From assembly GCA_043747615.1 (NCBI GenBank), contig JAYTOU010000053.1:64001-128000 (forward strand): DNA of 64,000 nt. Reading direction: 5' to 3'. This DNA comes from Myxococcales bacterium (lineage in GTDB: Bacteria > Myxococcota_A > Polyangia > Polyangiales > Polyangiaceae). The first letter of the stretch is position 1. Each line of letters starts with the position of its first letter. This document shows positions 51,149-63,216 of this stretch, in pieces. The notes beneath the pieces were generated by a model. The model was not told the DNA's origin. It did no database searches and worked only from the letters and a program-made list of their open reading frames with translations. Made by a program: the position numbers and the translations under genes.

Positions 51149-52405
51149 ATGAGGCGCGTCGGCATTCTCGGCGGAGGGCAGCTCGGCACGATGCTCGCGG
51201 GCGCGGTCCACGACCTCGGCGCACACGTCGCGATCTACGAACCGGAGCCGATGGCCCCGGCGTGCGCCTGCTTCCGTGACGTGACCAACGCTGCGTGGAC
51301 AGACGCAAAGGCGCTCGAAGCGTTCGTTGCGCGGTGCGACGTCGTCACCTACGAGCTCGAGCACATCGAGACGAGCGCGCTCCGAGCGTTGCCGCCCTCC
51401 ACGCCTATTTTCCCGTCGCTCGACGTCCTCGAGGCAACGCAAGATCGAGCAAAAGAGAAGGAGTTTTTGCGCACGAGCGGGCTCCCGTTCGTCGACTTCG
51501 CTGTCGTGCGCGGCGGTGAAGAGCTCCTTCGCGCGGCGCCGGCGTTCGGCCTTCCCTTCATCCTGAAGACCGCGCGTGGCGGCTACGACGGCAAGGGACA
51601 GGCGCTCGTCAAGACGCAGGAGCAGGTCGCCGCCATCGCCGCGCGTCTCGGCCCGGGTCAGATGTGCGTGCTCGAAGAGGTAATCGATCTCGCCTTCGAG
51701 GCGAGCTGCATCGTGGGGCGGTCGAAAGCCGGAGAGGAGGTCGTTTTTCCGGTGTTCGAGAACGCGCACTCCGAGCATATTCTCGACCTAACGCTCGTGC
51801 CGGCGCGGGTCTCTGCCGAGCTTGCGCACACGCTCCAGACGGTGGCGCTCGACGCGGCGCGGGCCCTGTCGGTGACCGGGCTGCTCACCACCGAATTTTT
51901 CGTGGCGGCCGCGTCGGGTAGCGCAAAGCACGGCACGCGCACGAAGCCGGTCTTGCGCTCCCGCGGAATCCGAAGCGGCGATCTCGAAGTGTTCGTGAAC
52001 GAGCTCGCGCCACGTCCGCACAACTCGGGTCACGTCACGCGCAGCGCGTGTCAGATCAGTCAGTTCGAGGTCCTGGCGCGGATTCTCCTCGACGTGCCCC
52101 TGGCCCCGCCGGTGCTCGTCAGCGACGGCTACTGGTGCATGGGAAATTTACTCGGTGACGTGTGGCTCGCGCAGAAGGCGGCGCGCGGTGAGTCACTGAC
52201 GGGGGATCTCGATCTAGGAGCGCTCGCGCGAATGCCGGAGGTGCGAAGCGTGGTCCTTTATGGAAAACGTGATCCCCAATCGCGCCGAAAGATGGGCCAT
52301 TTCGTGACCCATGCTGCCGACGCCGAGAGCGCGATGCATGCGGCGAAAGCCTTTCGCGAGGCGCTCGAGTCAGGAATTATTTCGGGGGCGCGGCGATCAG
52401 ATTGA
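51149..52405 (+). CDS. purK: N5-CAIR synthetase (ATP-grasp)
   Basis: GILGGGQLG.M, GGYDGKGQ, NELAPRPHNSGH, RKMGH; follows purE. Confidence 0.95.
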   Translation: MRRVGILGGGQLGTMLAGAVHDLGAHVAIYEPEPMAPACACFRDVTNAAWTDAKALEAFVARCDVVTYELEHIETSALRALPPSTPIFPSLDVLEATQDRAKEKEFLRTSGLPFVDFAVVRGGEELLRAAPAFGLPFILKTARGGYDGKGQALVKTQEQVAAIAARLGPGQMCVLEEVIDLAFEASCIVGRSKAGEEVVFPVFENAHSEHILDLTLVPARVSAELAHTLQTVALDAARALSVTGLLTTEFFVAAASGSAKHGTRTKPVLRSRGIRSGDLEVFVNELAPRPHNSGHVTRSACQISQFEVLARILLDVPLAPPVLVSDGYWCMGNLLGDVWLAQKAARGESLTGDLDLGALARMPEVRSVVLYGKRDPQSRRKMGHFVTHAADAESAMHAAKAFREALESGIISGARRSD

Positions 52406-52478
52406 GGTTCAGCCCCGCGGGATATTCGGAGCTCGTCTTCACGCCGTAGCCGATGACCTGCACGCCTTTCTATCACGC

Positions 52479-53090
52479 TCAGTTGGGACGGCAGGGTGGA
52501 ACGGGCCGGTCGCAGACGCGCGGCGACGTAGGCCGAGAGCCCACCGGTGCGGCATCCCCGCGAACGATCTCCGTTCCATTCCAGCGGAGCCAATCCCACC
52601 CGCTTCGGCGAAGGACGCGCACCTCCACGAGGCGACTCTCCCCGAGCGCGTGCGCCTCAAGCCGCTCGCGATCGATCCCTTTTTTTACGAGGAGCTCGAG
52701 CAGGGCGAGTGCGCGCGCGTCTTGGCCGAGAACCGCTGCGCGATCGATTGCCGGATCTTCGAGGAGCGTCGTGGCGACGGTATCGAGCGCGTTCATCCCC
52801 GCAGGCGAAGGCTGGCCCGTCGCCCCGAGCTCGATCACCGGGAGCGGCCCAATCGATTCGTAAGGCAAAACCAAGCGGATTTCGGGGCAACCGTCATCGT
52901 CCGCGATGCCATTGTAATTCTCGGGCTCGTTGGGACACGCGTCGCACGCGTCGAGGATCTGATCGTGGTCCGCATCGCGGTCGCCGCAGAGCGGCAGAGA
53001 CTCCACGTGGTGCTGCGCCGCGGAAGGAGCGACCGCTGGCGGGATGGCGCTTCCGCAGGCGAGCAGCAAACTGACGATGAGCCTCTTCAG
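52479..53090 (-). CDS. Lipoprotein with TSP3-like Ca-binding repeat and degenerate OmpA-like region
   Basis: LLAC lipobox; DADHDQILDACDACPNEPENYNGIADDDGCP; start CTG 53090 or TTG 53069. Confidence 0.55.
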   Translation of the reverse strand: MKRLIVSLLLACGSAIPPAVAPSAAQHHVESLPLCGDRDADHDQILDACDACPNEPENYNGIADDDGCPEIRLVLPYESIGPLPVIELGATGQPSPAGMNALDTVATTLLEDPAIDRAAVLGQDARALALLELLVKKGIDRERLEAHALGESRLVEVRVLRRSGWDWLRWNGTEIVRGDAAPVGSRPTSPRVCDRPVPPCRPN

Positions 53091-54013
53091 AGCGTTTCGC
53101 GGCCTACGATGCGATTTCGTCCGGTCTTCTTCGCTACGTAGAGACGTGCGTCGGCGATTCCGAAGAGCGCGTCTTTGTCGCGCCGCTCACCGCAGCACTT
53201 GAGAGAGGCGACCCCGCCGCTCATCGTGATCGGGATGGACGCAGGCCCGAACGGGACCGGCGACTGCGACACCATGTGCCGGAGGCGGTCGGCGAGCACG
53301 AAGGCTCCGTCGGCATGGATGTTCCGCAAGAGGACCACGAACTCTTCGCCGCCGTAGCGCGCAAGGACGTCCTCCGCGCGGAGCTCGCGCCCAATCATGT
53401 CGCCCAAACCCTTGAGCACCGCATCCCCGGCAAGATGTCCGTGAGTGTCGTTCACCTTTTTGAAGTGATCGACGTCGACGAGGACCAAGGAGAGCTCGGT
53501 GCCGTGACGCAAGGCAAACCCGAGCTCGGATTCGATGCGATCGTCGAGGTACTTGCGGTTGTAGAGGCCGGTGAGGCCATCGTAGAGCGCCGCCTCGTAG
53601 ATCTTCTTGAGGGCGAGCTCCTCGTTTTCGTCCACGTACGAGAAGCGAAGGACCGTGGTCGGTCCGAGGCGTATGCGATCGCCGTCCCGCAGGATCACGG
53701 TTTCGGTGGCGCGCGTATCGTTCACGAAGCTGCCATTGGTGGACCCTGCGTCGCGGTAGGTGCTCTCGCCGCCAAGGTGAAAGAAGTGACCATGGAGCGA
53801 CGAGATGCTGATCTCGTCGAACTTGAACTTGCACGTTTCTCCGCGGCCAACGGACGTCACCTCACGGTGGGGGATGGAGAGCACGCGACCGAGATCGCTG
53901 CCGACGAGTACGGTGAGCACGGGCCTGGCGCGGACACCGGGAGCGAGCACCTCTGCCACGAGCGTCGTGATCACGGCGCCCATCGTCCGATGGTCTTTCT
54001 CCGACACCCCCAT
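53087..54013 (-). CDS. FHA-GGDEF diguanylate cyclase
   Basis: FHA (VGR, SSLH, STNG) followed by DGLTGLYNR, DVDHFKKVND, RxxD I-site (RAED) and GGEEF. Confidence 0.93.
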   Translation of the reverse strand: MGVSEKDHRTMGAVITTLVAEVLAPGVRARPVLTVLVGSDLGRVLSIPHREVTSVGRGETCKFKFDEISISSLHGHFFHLGGESTYRDAGSTNGSFVNDTRATETVILRDGDRIRLGPTTVLRFSYVDENEELALKKIYEAALYDGLTGLYNRKYLDDRIESELGFALRHGTELSLVLVDVDHFKKVNDTHGHLAGDAVLKGLGDMIGRELRAEDVLARYGGEEFVVLLRNIHADGAFVLADRLRHMVSQSPVPFGPASIPITMSGGVASLKCCGERRDKDALFGIADARLYVAKKTGRNRIVGRETL

Positions 54014-54041
54014 TACCAGCGAATGCTACCATGAACGTCGA

Positions 54042-54541
54042 ATGACCACCTCGGCGAGAACGCGCGTGAGCCCGACGGTCGTCGCCATGATCCTCGGCGT
54101 CCTCGCGCTCGGTGCCCTTTACATGCGCGGGCGTCCTGCGCTCGCGACCCGCGCCACGGAGCCCATCGCCGTCGAGCCACCTCCGCGTACGGCGCCGCCC
54201 CCCGTCGAGCAAGCCGCCCCGCAAGTCGAGAAAATCGAGGTTCGTCCGGATCGCGCCGAGCACGATCGGCGGGTGACCGAGGCCATGCGCACCGTCGACA
54301 TCACCACCTACGGAGCGGTGTGGTGCCCCTCGTGCAAGGCGGCGCACAAGTGGCTCGATGCCCAGGGAATCGCCTACGTCGACAAAGACATCGAGAAGAG
54401 CCCCGCCGACAACAAGGCCATGCGCGCGCTCAACCCGGTCGGTACGATCCCCACGATCGACATCGAAGGTCAGATCTTGGTGGGATTCGACGCGCGCGCG
54501 ATCGAGCGTGCGATCCGCCGCGCCGCTGAAAAACGCGTCCC

Positions 54542-54545
<4 letters not shown>
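54042..54545 (+). CDS. Membrane-anchored glutaredoxin-like (NrdH-type) protein
   Basis: N-terminal TM, WCPSC active site, TIPT cis-Pro motif, VGF. Confidence 0.85.
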
Positions 54546-57269
<2,724 letters not shown>

Positions 57270-57273
<4 letters not shown>

Positions 57274-58292
57274 CGGACGCGGTCGCGCAGCTCAAGAAAG
57301 TCGACTACCTGTCGGCGCTAGACGACGGCACACTCACCGAAATTGCGGGAAGCGCGCAGCGTCGTCGTTACCTCGATCGTGAGGTCATCGTCAGCGAGCT
57401 CGAGTCGGGCAGCGACGTGTTCGTCATCACCAAGGGCGAAGCAGAGGTCTCCGTCGACGGTCGCGTTGGGGAGCGAAAGCACCTCGGCAAGCTCGGCCCG
57501 GGAAGCGCCTTCGGCGAGATGTCTTCCCTCACCGGTGAGCTCCGCTCCGCCACGGTAACGGCTCTCGGGGAGGTAGAAGTGCTCATTATTTCCGATGCGG
57601 ATTTCGACCACTTTCGCGAGCGGCGTCCAGAGATTGCTCTCGCCCTCGTCCGCATTCTCGCGGCGCGCCTCGCAGAAGCAGAGAAGGCCATCGACGGCCT
57701 GTTCTCACCCGCGGCGGTCGCTGAGGAAAAGAGCGTGGAGAAGGCGGTCGGAACGGAAGCAAAGGGTCGGCGAGGCTCCATCGGTCGCGTCTGGCGTGAG
57801 CTCGTCGTTGGGCGGCAGCGTGACCTCACGTTCCTCACTCTCGTCGCCTTCGTCGGCGCCATCATGGCCGTGCGCATCGGCGTTTACGCTTCGTTTCGCT
57901 TCGATTTCGCTCCGCGATTGGTGCTCCGCACGGCGTACATGACCGGCTTCGCGCTGCTCATCGGCTCCGCGTGCGCCTCCCTCTTGACCTTCCGCCCTGG
58001 GTGGCGACGAGCGATCGCCGTCGCCTACGGAGTCGGCGTCGCCCTCATCTTCAACGAGCTCGGGGTCACACTCGCGTTCGATATTTTCTACAAGGACATC
58101 CACACGGCCGACCCGAACGTCCCCTTCGACATCGAACGACTCTACCGCCGGACCGAGCCGCTCCGAGCGATCGGCATCGGGCTCGTGGTCCTCATCCAGG
58201 CCGCGTACCTGCGCAGGTTCTACGCGCGCGCGGCGTTCGTGCTCATGACGCGGCTGCGGCGCTTTTCCTCGAAGCGCTCGCCCGGCGCCTGA
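57270..58292 (+). CDS. Cyclic-nucleotide-binding domain + 4-TM membrane protein (paralog-like)
   Basis: GSAFGEMSSLTGELRSATV cassette; TM domain with GVALIFNEL; ATGA overlap with the previous gene. Confidence 0.85.
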
Positions 58293-58584
58293 GAGCGCTC
58301 GAGCCGACGGTCCTGGCAAACATAGCGAGCCGACGCGGCCCCGTGGTGAGCGCGATCTTCGCAGCGCGAGGAAGCGCCTTCACGGCGAGCTCGAGCCGCA
58401 AGGCGTCTCCCTGAGTCTTGCACTTCGCTTTTGCGCAGAGAGCAAGCGGCCCGCGCCCACGTGTGTACCGAGCGCCGCGACCGCTGTCATGGGCGGCCAG
58501 ACGCGCTTTCACGTCGCGCGCGACGCCGGTGTAAAGGCTCCCGTCTCTGCAGCGAGCAATGTAAACGAACCAGGCGTCGGACAT
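58243..58584 (-). CDS. GIY-YIG nuclease (UPF0213/YhbQ-like)
   Basis: FVYIARC.DGSLYTG...R...H..G.GARYTR...ALRLE..VK. Confidence 0.9.
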   Translation of the reverse strand: MSDAWFVYIARCRDGSLYTGVARDVKARLAAHDSGRGARYTRGRGPLALCAKAKCKTQGDALRLELAVKALPRAAKIALTTGPRRLAMFARTVGSSALRRRASASRKSAAAAS

Positions 58585-58591
58585 CGCGCGA

Positions 58592-60649
58592 CTAGAGGAG
58601 ATCCAAAAACGCGAGGAGCGCCGTGCGATCGCGCGCGCTCAGCGGTGCGCCCTCTTTGGCGACGTGGAAGAACGCGCCTCCCACGACGCGCGCTTGCTCC
58701 AGCACGGCGGCGAGCTCCGGCGCGCTTCCGTTCGTGAAATAGGGATGCTTCTTGTAGAGGCGACGGAGAGACGGGACGCGCGCGCCGTCTTCATGGACGT
58801 ACGGCACGACCCCTGTCTTCTCGTAGCCGGCGCGGCCCCACACGATCGCCCCTTCGGGCGCGAAGACCAGGTGCTCCCACGATGCGAAAGGAATCTTGCT
58901 CGCCGCGTCATCGCTCGCGAGGCGCGCAGCGTGACAGCCCTCGCAGCGATCGCGAAACACCTCGGCGCCCGCGCGCTCGTCATCGGAAAAATGGGTGCGG
59001 CCGATCACCGCGGGGTTCGGTCGGTGGGAGAAGACCATGAAGAACGCCATGAGTGAGGTGCGCAGCTCTTCGGGCGAAAGCGTATCCGCGTCTACCCCGA
59101 GGGCACGAAGCCAGGGAAATTCTCGAGTGGCAACAGTGAATGCGGGATCGCTGTCGGTGCCCGCACCGGCGACGCGAAACTCGTTCTGAGAGACGCTCGC
59201 GAGGTCCGGATCGAGGGCGCGCGAGAAGTGCGGTCGGTTGTTGAAGAGTCCGAGGAGTGGCTTGGTGGTGGCGTGCACGTCCCCGCGGCCGGTGTGGTGG
59301 GTGCGTCCATCGACGTACCCTTCGAAGTGGCAAGTCTCGCACGTGAAGCGGCTGAGGGAACCTTCGGAGCGATTCTTCGGCGCCATGAGGGACGTAAAAA
59401 AGAGCGCCTCTCCGACCCGGGTGTTGACGGCGCGAGAAGGCTCCCACGGTTTCATCTCGACGGGCACGATGGTGGTCGCAAGCTCGTGATCGGCGAGCAC
59501 CCACGCGTCGAGAAGCGGGTTGGCCATCGCCCGCGCGCCGCCCGCGAGGATAGTCATGGCTCCCGTGCCTGGCGGAAGGAGGAACGTCTCGATAGCCGGT
59601 GCGTCGCCGAACGCGCCCTCATCGCGCCAGCTGAGACGCGCGAGGTGGTCGCCGCCGTATCCGGTGACGGTGACCACCGCGGATTTGCCGTCGACGGCGT
59701 CGAGGCTGATGGCCTTCGGGGTGATCACGCCCGCGCGCGATACGTTCACCGAAGCAAGGCGCGTCGCTTCACCGGTCACGCGGTAAAGAAATACGAACGA
59801 GTCGATCCACCCGAAGAAACCGCCGGTTCGGTCGAGCACGTGATCTTCCGCTCCGCCCGCGGCGACATACAGACCGTCGGTCGACTCGCGCGCATCGAAG
59901 CTCCAGATTGGTCCGTCGTGGCGGATCTTCACGGGCTCGGCAGCATCGGGAAAGCCTTCGCTGTCGACGCGGAAGATGCAGAGCGTGTGATCGAGCAGCG
60001 CGTCTACGACGAGATGCTTCGCCGTGCGAAGGAGACGAAACGGGCCATGGCCGACGAAGGTCTCGCGCCTCGGCGCCTGTGGTAGCTCCGGACGAAACGA
60101 GATGAGCCGGCCGTCGTGCTCATCGAGAGCGTAGAGGAGACCCTCCGGCCCGAGAGCAACGTCACGAATCCCGTGCGCGCCGATCTCGATCTCTCCCGCC
60201 GGCACGAGATCGCCCTGCACCACGCGGTACCGCGCGATGCGCGATGAGAGCTCGCCCGAGACGTAGACCACGTCGCCCGAAGCGCTCACCGCGAGACCCG
60301 TCGGCGAGCGCGGCGCGGGGAGGCGTTTCACCTCGTGAAGGCTCGCATCGAGGACGACCAGCGCCGCACGGCCTCGCAACAAACCGAGCGTACGATCCGA
60401 TCGGGGGAGTGCGACGATGCGGATCGGATCGGGCCCGAGCGACCCTTCTGAGCTAGGAATCCGCTCGAAATCAGCCGTCTTGCGGCGCGCGCCCTCGAAC
60501 TCCCGCAGCGCACTGAGAGGGTCCGGGGCAGCCGCGGCGTCCACCGCTTGCGCGACCGAAACCGGCGGACTCTGACACCCCGCGACGAGGACTAGTGCTG
60601 CAACCAACCCCACCCACCGAGAGGGGCACGGGGAGCCTCGGCTTACCAA
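58592..60649 (-). CDS. Beta-propeller + di-heme cytochrome c peroxidase/MauG-like lipoprotein
   Basis: Lipobox VAGC, YVTN-like propeller strands, GEALF...CETCH, GAEVF...CEGCH, VPSLR...PYF.NGS; start approximate. Confidence 0.8.
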   Translation of the reverse strand: MVSRGSPCPSRWVGLVAALVLVAGCQSPPVSVAQAVDAAAAPDPLSALREFEGARRKTADFERIPSSEGSLGPDPIRIVALPRSDRTLGLLRGRAALVVLDASLHEVKRLPAPRSPTGLAVSASGDVVYVSGELSSRIARYRVVQGDLVPAGEIEIGAHGIRDVALGPEGLLYALDEHDGRLISFRPELPQAPRRETFVGHGPFRLLRTAKHLVVDALLDHTLCIFRVDSEGFPDAAEPVKIRHDGPIWSFDARESTDGLYVAAGGAEDHVLDRTGGFFGWIDSFVFLYRVTGEATRLASVNVSRAGVITPKAISLDAVDGKSAVVTVTGYGGDHLARLSWRDEGAFGDAPAIETFLLPPGTGAMTILAGGARAMANPLLDAWVLADHELATTIVPVEMKPWEPSRAVNTRVGEALFFTSLMAPKNRSEGSLSRFTCETCHFEGYVDGRTHHTGRGDVHATTKPLLGLFNNRPHFSRALDPDLASVSQNEFRVAGAGTDSDPAFTVATREFPWLRALGVDADTLSPEELRTSLMAFFMVFSHRPNPAVIGRTHFSDDERAGAEVFRDRCEGCHAARLASDDAASKIPFASWEHLVFAPEGAIVWGRAGYEKTGVVPYVHEDGARVPSLRRLYKKHPYFTNGSAPELAAVLEQARVVGGAFFHVAKEGAPLSARDRTALLAFLDLL

Positions 60650-60819
60650 CCGCCCTTGGCGGGTGCCGGCTTCGCGGGGGGCGCTGCCGCTGCGCTCGGA
60701 GCGGCGGTGGCTGCGGACTTGTCGGGAGACGCGGTGTCTTTGTCCGGGCAACCGAGGAGCATGGCTGCGCTGATGACGCAGAACGAGAGGAGCACCGGAG
60801 CGCGAGCAGAGATCTTCAT
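60643..60819 (-). CDS. 58-aa Ala/Pro-rich lipoprotein ending in GGW
   Basis: MKISARAPVLLSFCVISAAMLLGC lipobox; last 58 codons of ORF 60643..61749; fits between operon genes. Confidence 0.7.
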   Translation of the reverse strand: MKISARAPVLLSFCVISAAMLLGCPDKDTASPDKSAATAAPSAAAAPPAKPAPAKGGW

Positions 60820-60854
60820 GGTCTCGATGGGACCACAAGCACCCGGATTGCGCC

Positions 60855-63206
60855 TCATTTTTTTCGCAGACTGATGGTCGCCTTCTCTTGGTTCATCTCC
60901 ACGATCTGCAGGTTGTTCACGAGAGGGCCCACTTTGGGCGTTTCTGTCGGCGCCTGGCCCGCAGCGATGGCGCGAAGGAAGTACGGCGGAAGATTTCGGA
61001 AGAGAAGACGCGCTGTGACGCTCGCGTCTCCGCCATTCTTCGGGAGCGGAACGGAGTAGCGGAAGGTGCGGCTCTGACCGGCGACGATCTGACCGAGGGC
61101 CTGGTTGTCGCTCGGACGCACCCGCGCTACGGCGCCGCCTGCGATCGGTTGGAGGACCGACTCCTTCGCCTTGTCGGCTTGCGCGAGCTTCACTTCGCCG
61201 AACTCGTCGAGCACCTTGGTGCCGTTCGGCTCGCGCTGTGCCTCGATGTGCTCGACGAGCTTGGTCTGAAAGTTCACGAGCTGGGGATCGGACGTGGAGC
61301 ACTTTTGAAGGTGTTTTTTCAGGGGATCGAAGGGGTCGTTCATCGTCGATGCGTCGCACAGATCGTCGGAGCTCGAGCCGAGCACGCCCGACGTGAAAAG
61401 CACCTCGCCATCGCTTGCCGCCACCTTCACCTCGAGCCACATCTGCCGCGCGAACGCGAAACCGCTCGGGAGGTTGTGGCCCGCACCGGTGTTGGTGACC
61501 GAGATGGCGAAGGAGAACGTGCCGGCGGCGAATGTCGGCTCCGGGTCTACGTGGATGGTCGCGGCTCGCTTGAGCAATGCAGCACGCGCGCCTTTTTGCG
61601 GATCGCTCTTGGTCACCGTATCGAGCGGATAGTCGACGCCGACGAACGAGTGATCGTGCACCTGGCGCGGCGGCGCGTCGTAGTCCTGCTCGAACGGTAC
61701 GGACGCCCCTTCTGCAACCCGCGTCGCTGCCATCACCGGCATGTGGCACGAAACGCAGCTGAATTTCCCACCCGCTGCGACGTAGCGTTCGAACTCGTCG
61801 TTCGTCTGCTGCAAGATGAGGTCTTCACCCTTGATGATCTTGCCGTCGGCGTTGAGGTCGAGGTTGACGTTGTGACAGTTTTTGCACAGCGTCTCCGGAT
61901 TGAGGAAGAGGCTGGTCTGGATGCTCTTGTGATACCCGTTGCCGACGGGGTCTTCGATGGGGCCAAAGTAGGTGCGCCCCGGCTTGAGATCGGCCTGCAT
62001 CTTCGACGCGAGACCGCCGCCGCCAGAGAACGGTGTGCCGTCGTACTGGTGACAGCTCGTACAGCCGACGCCCTCCGGCTTGCGATCGTTGTCGAGCGGC
62101 AAGCTCGCCACCGTCGAGAGCGTGGCCGACACCGGCCCGTGACAATTGATGCAAATTCTAAGGGGATCCGGCGACGGTTGACCGAGGAGAGACGTTTTGA
62201 TGTCCTGGTTATTCTGGGCGATCGTGAGCGGGCTGGTGAGCGCGTGGGCGTGCATCGAGCCGGTCCACTGGTCGTAGATCGCCTTGTGGCAGGCCGCGCA
62301 GTCCTCGGGAGGAGCGAAGCCGCTGAGCGGGCCGGTGCTGAGGGTTCCTGCTGGTAGCGCCTTCAAGTGACCGTCGAACGCGCCGACGAGGTGTACCCCG
62401 AGGAGCACGATGAAGAGGAGCGTGAGAGGTACGTGAATGCGCCGCCATCCCTGGAGGAGACGCACGTAGCGCTCTTGGAGCACCACCCGACGAAGCGCGC
62501 GGTTCCGGCTCGCCGCGAGCTGTTGGATCTGCTCGATGTCCGCGCGATCGGATGCGGGCAGCGACGCGGCCGCGTGATGGAGAGCACCGAGATCCTCGGC
62601 CCGCGCGACGACGAGATCCTTCGCTCCGTGAAACTGCGCCGATTTGCCGGCGGCGATTTTCTCGACCTCCGTCAGCTGCTCCTGGGCCCGCTTGAGCGTT
62701 CCCATGCGGGAGTAATTTCCGATCTTCGGCGCAGCCACCGGAGGCACGAAGCGGTACGCGAAGCGCCATAAGATGCCGGTCAAGGCGAGCAGCGCGAAGA
62801 CGAAATAGAGCATTTTTCCGCTGGAAAACGGGCTTCCACTGAAGAGACCGAAGCCGCCGTGGAAGGTCGCCGCGATCATCGCGACGAGCCCGAGGTACAC
62901 GTGCACCCAGAGCCACGTCATCATCGTCGCCTTGCCGAACGGCATCTTCTCTTGGAGCGTTCGCTTTCGCGCGGAGTAGAGGAACGTGAGAAGCGCGAAG
63001 AGAATGGCCAGCGCGCCGAGGAAGATCCCGAAGCCCGTGTAGCCGCGGAGATTGTTGCCCCCCGCTGCAGGATCGACGTCGACCAGCTGGAGAACGACCA
63101 CGAGCGCGATCGCGCTGAGGACACCGGCGACGAGGAGCGCCATGAGCAGCCACGGCCACTGGTGCTCGAGGAGCTTGGTCTTGCGGTGGATGGGAAGGCG
63201 AGTCAC
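60855..63206 (-). CDS. Membrane (putative di-heme b) domain fused to a pentaheme cytochrome c (c554-like)
   Basis: TM helices carrying two His pairs 14 residues apart; five CxxCH motifs (CAACH, CINCH, CTSCH, CKNCH, CVSCH); GAGHNLPSG. Confidence 0.88.
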   Translation of the reverse strand: MTRLPIHRKTKLLEHQWPWLLMALLVAGVLSAIALVVVLQLVDVDPAAGGNNLRGYTGFGIFLGALAILFALLTFLYSARKRTLQEKMPFGKATMMTWLWVHVYLGLVAMIAATFHGGFGLFSGSPFSSGKMLYFVFALLALTGILWRFAYRFVPPVAAPKIGNYSRMGTLKRAQEQLTEVEKIAAGKSAQFHGAKDLVVARAEDLGALHHAAASLPASDRADIEQIQQLAASRNRALRRVVLQERYVRLLQGWRRIHVPLTLLFIVLLGVHLVGAFDGHLKALPAGTLSTGPLSGFAPPEDCAACHKAIYDQWTGSMHAHALTSPLTIAQNNQDIKTSLLGQPSPDPLRICINCHGPVSATLSTVASLPLDNDRKPEGVGCTSCHQYDGTPFSGGGGLASKMQADLKPGRTYFGPIEDPVGNGYHKSIQTSLFLNPETLCKNCHNVNLDLNADGKIIKGEDLILQQTNDEFERYVAAGGKFSCVSCHMPVMAATRVAEGASVPFEQDYDAPPRQVHDHSFVGVDYPLDTVTKSDPQKGARAALLKRAATIHVDPEPTFAAGTFSFAISVTNTGAGHNLPSGFAFARQMWLEVKVAASDGEVLFTSGVLGSSSDDLCDASTMNDPFDPLKKHLQKCSTSDPQLVNFQTKLVEHIEAQREPNGTKVLDEFGEVKLAQADKAKESVLQPIAGGAVARVRPSDNQALGQIVAGQSRTFRYSVPLPKNGGDASVTARLLFRNLPPYFLRAIAAGQAPTETPKVGPLVNNLQIVEMNQEKATISLRKK

Positions 63207-63216
63207 GGCCGGGCCT

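Noticed and set aside
58243..58584. Homing endonuclease or mobile intron
   Set aside because: Only 113 aa, no DNA-binding extension and no interrupted host gene.
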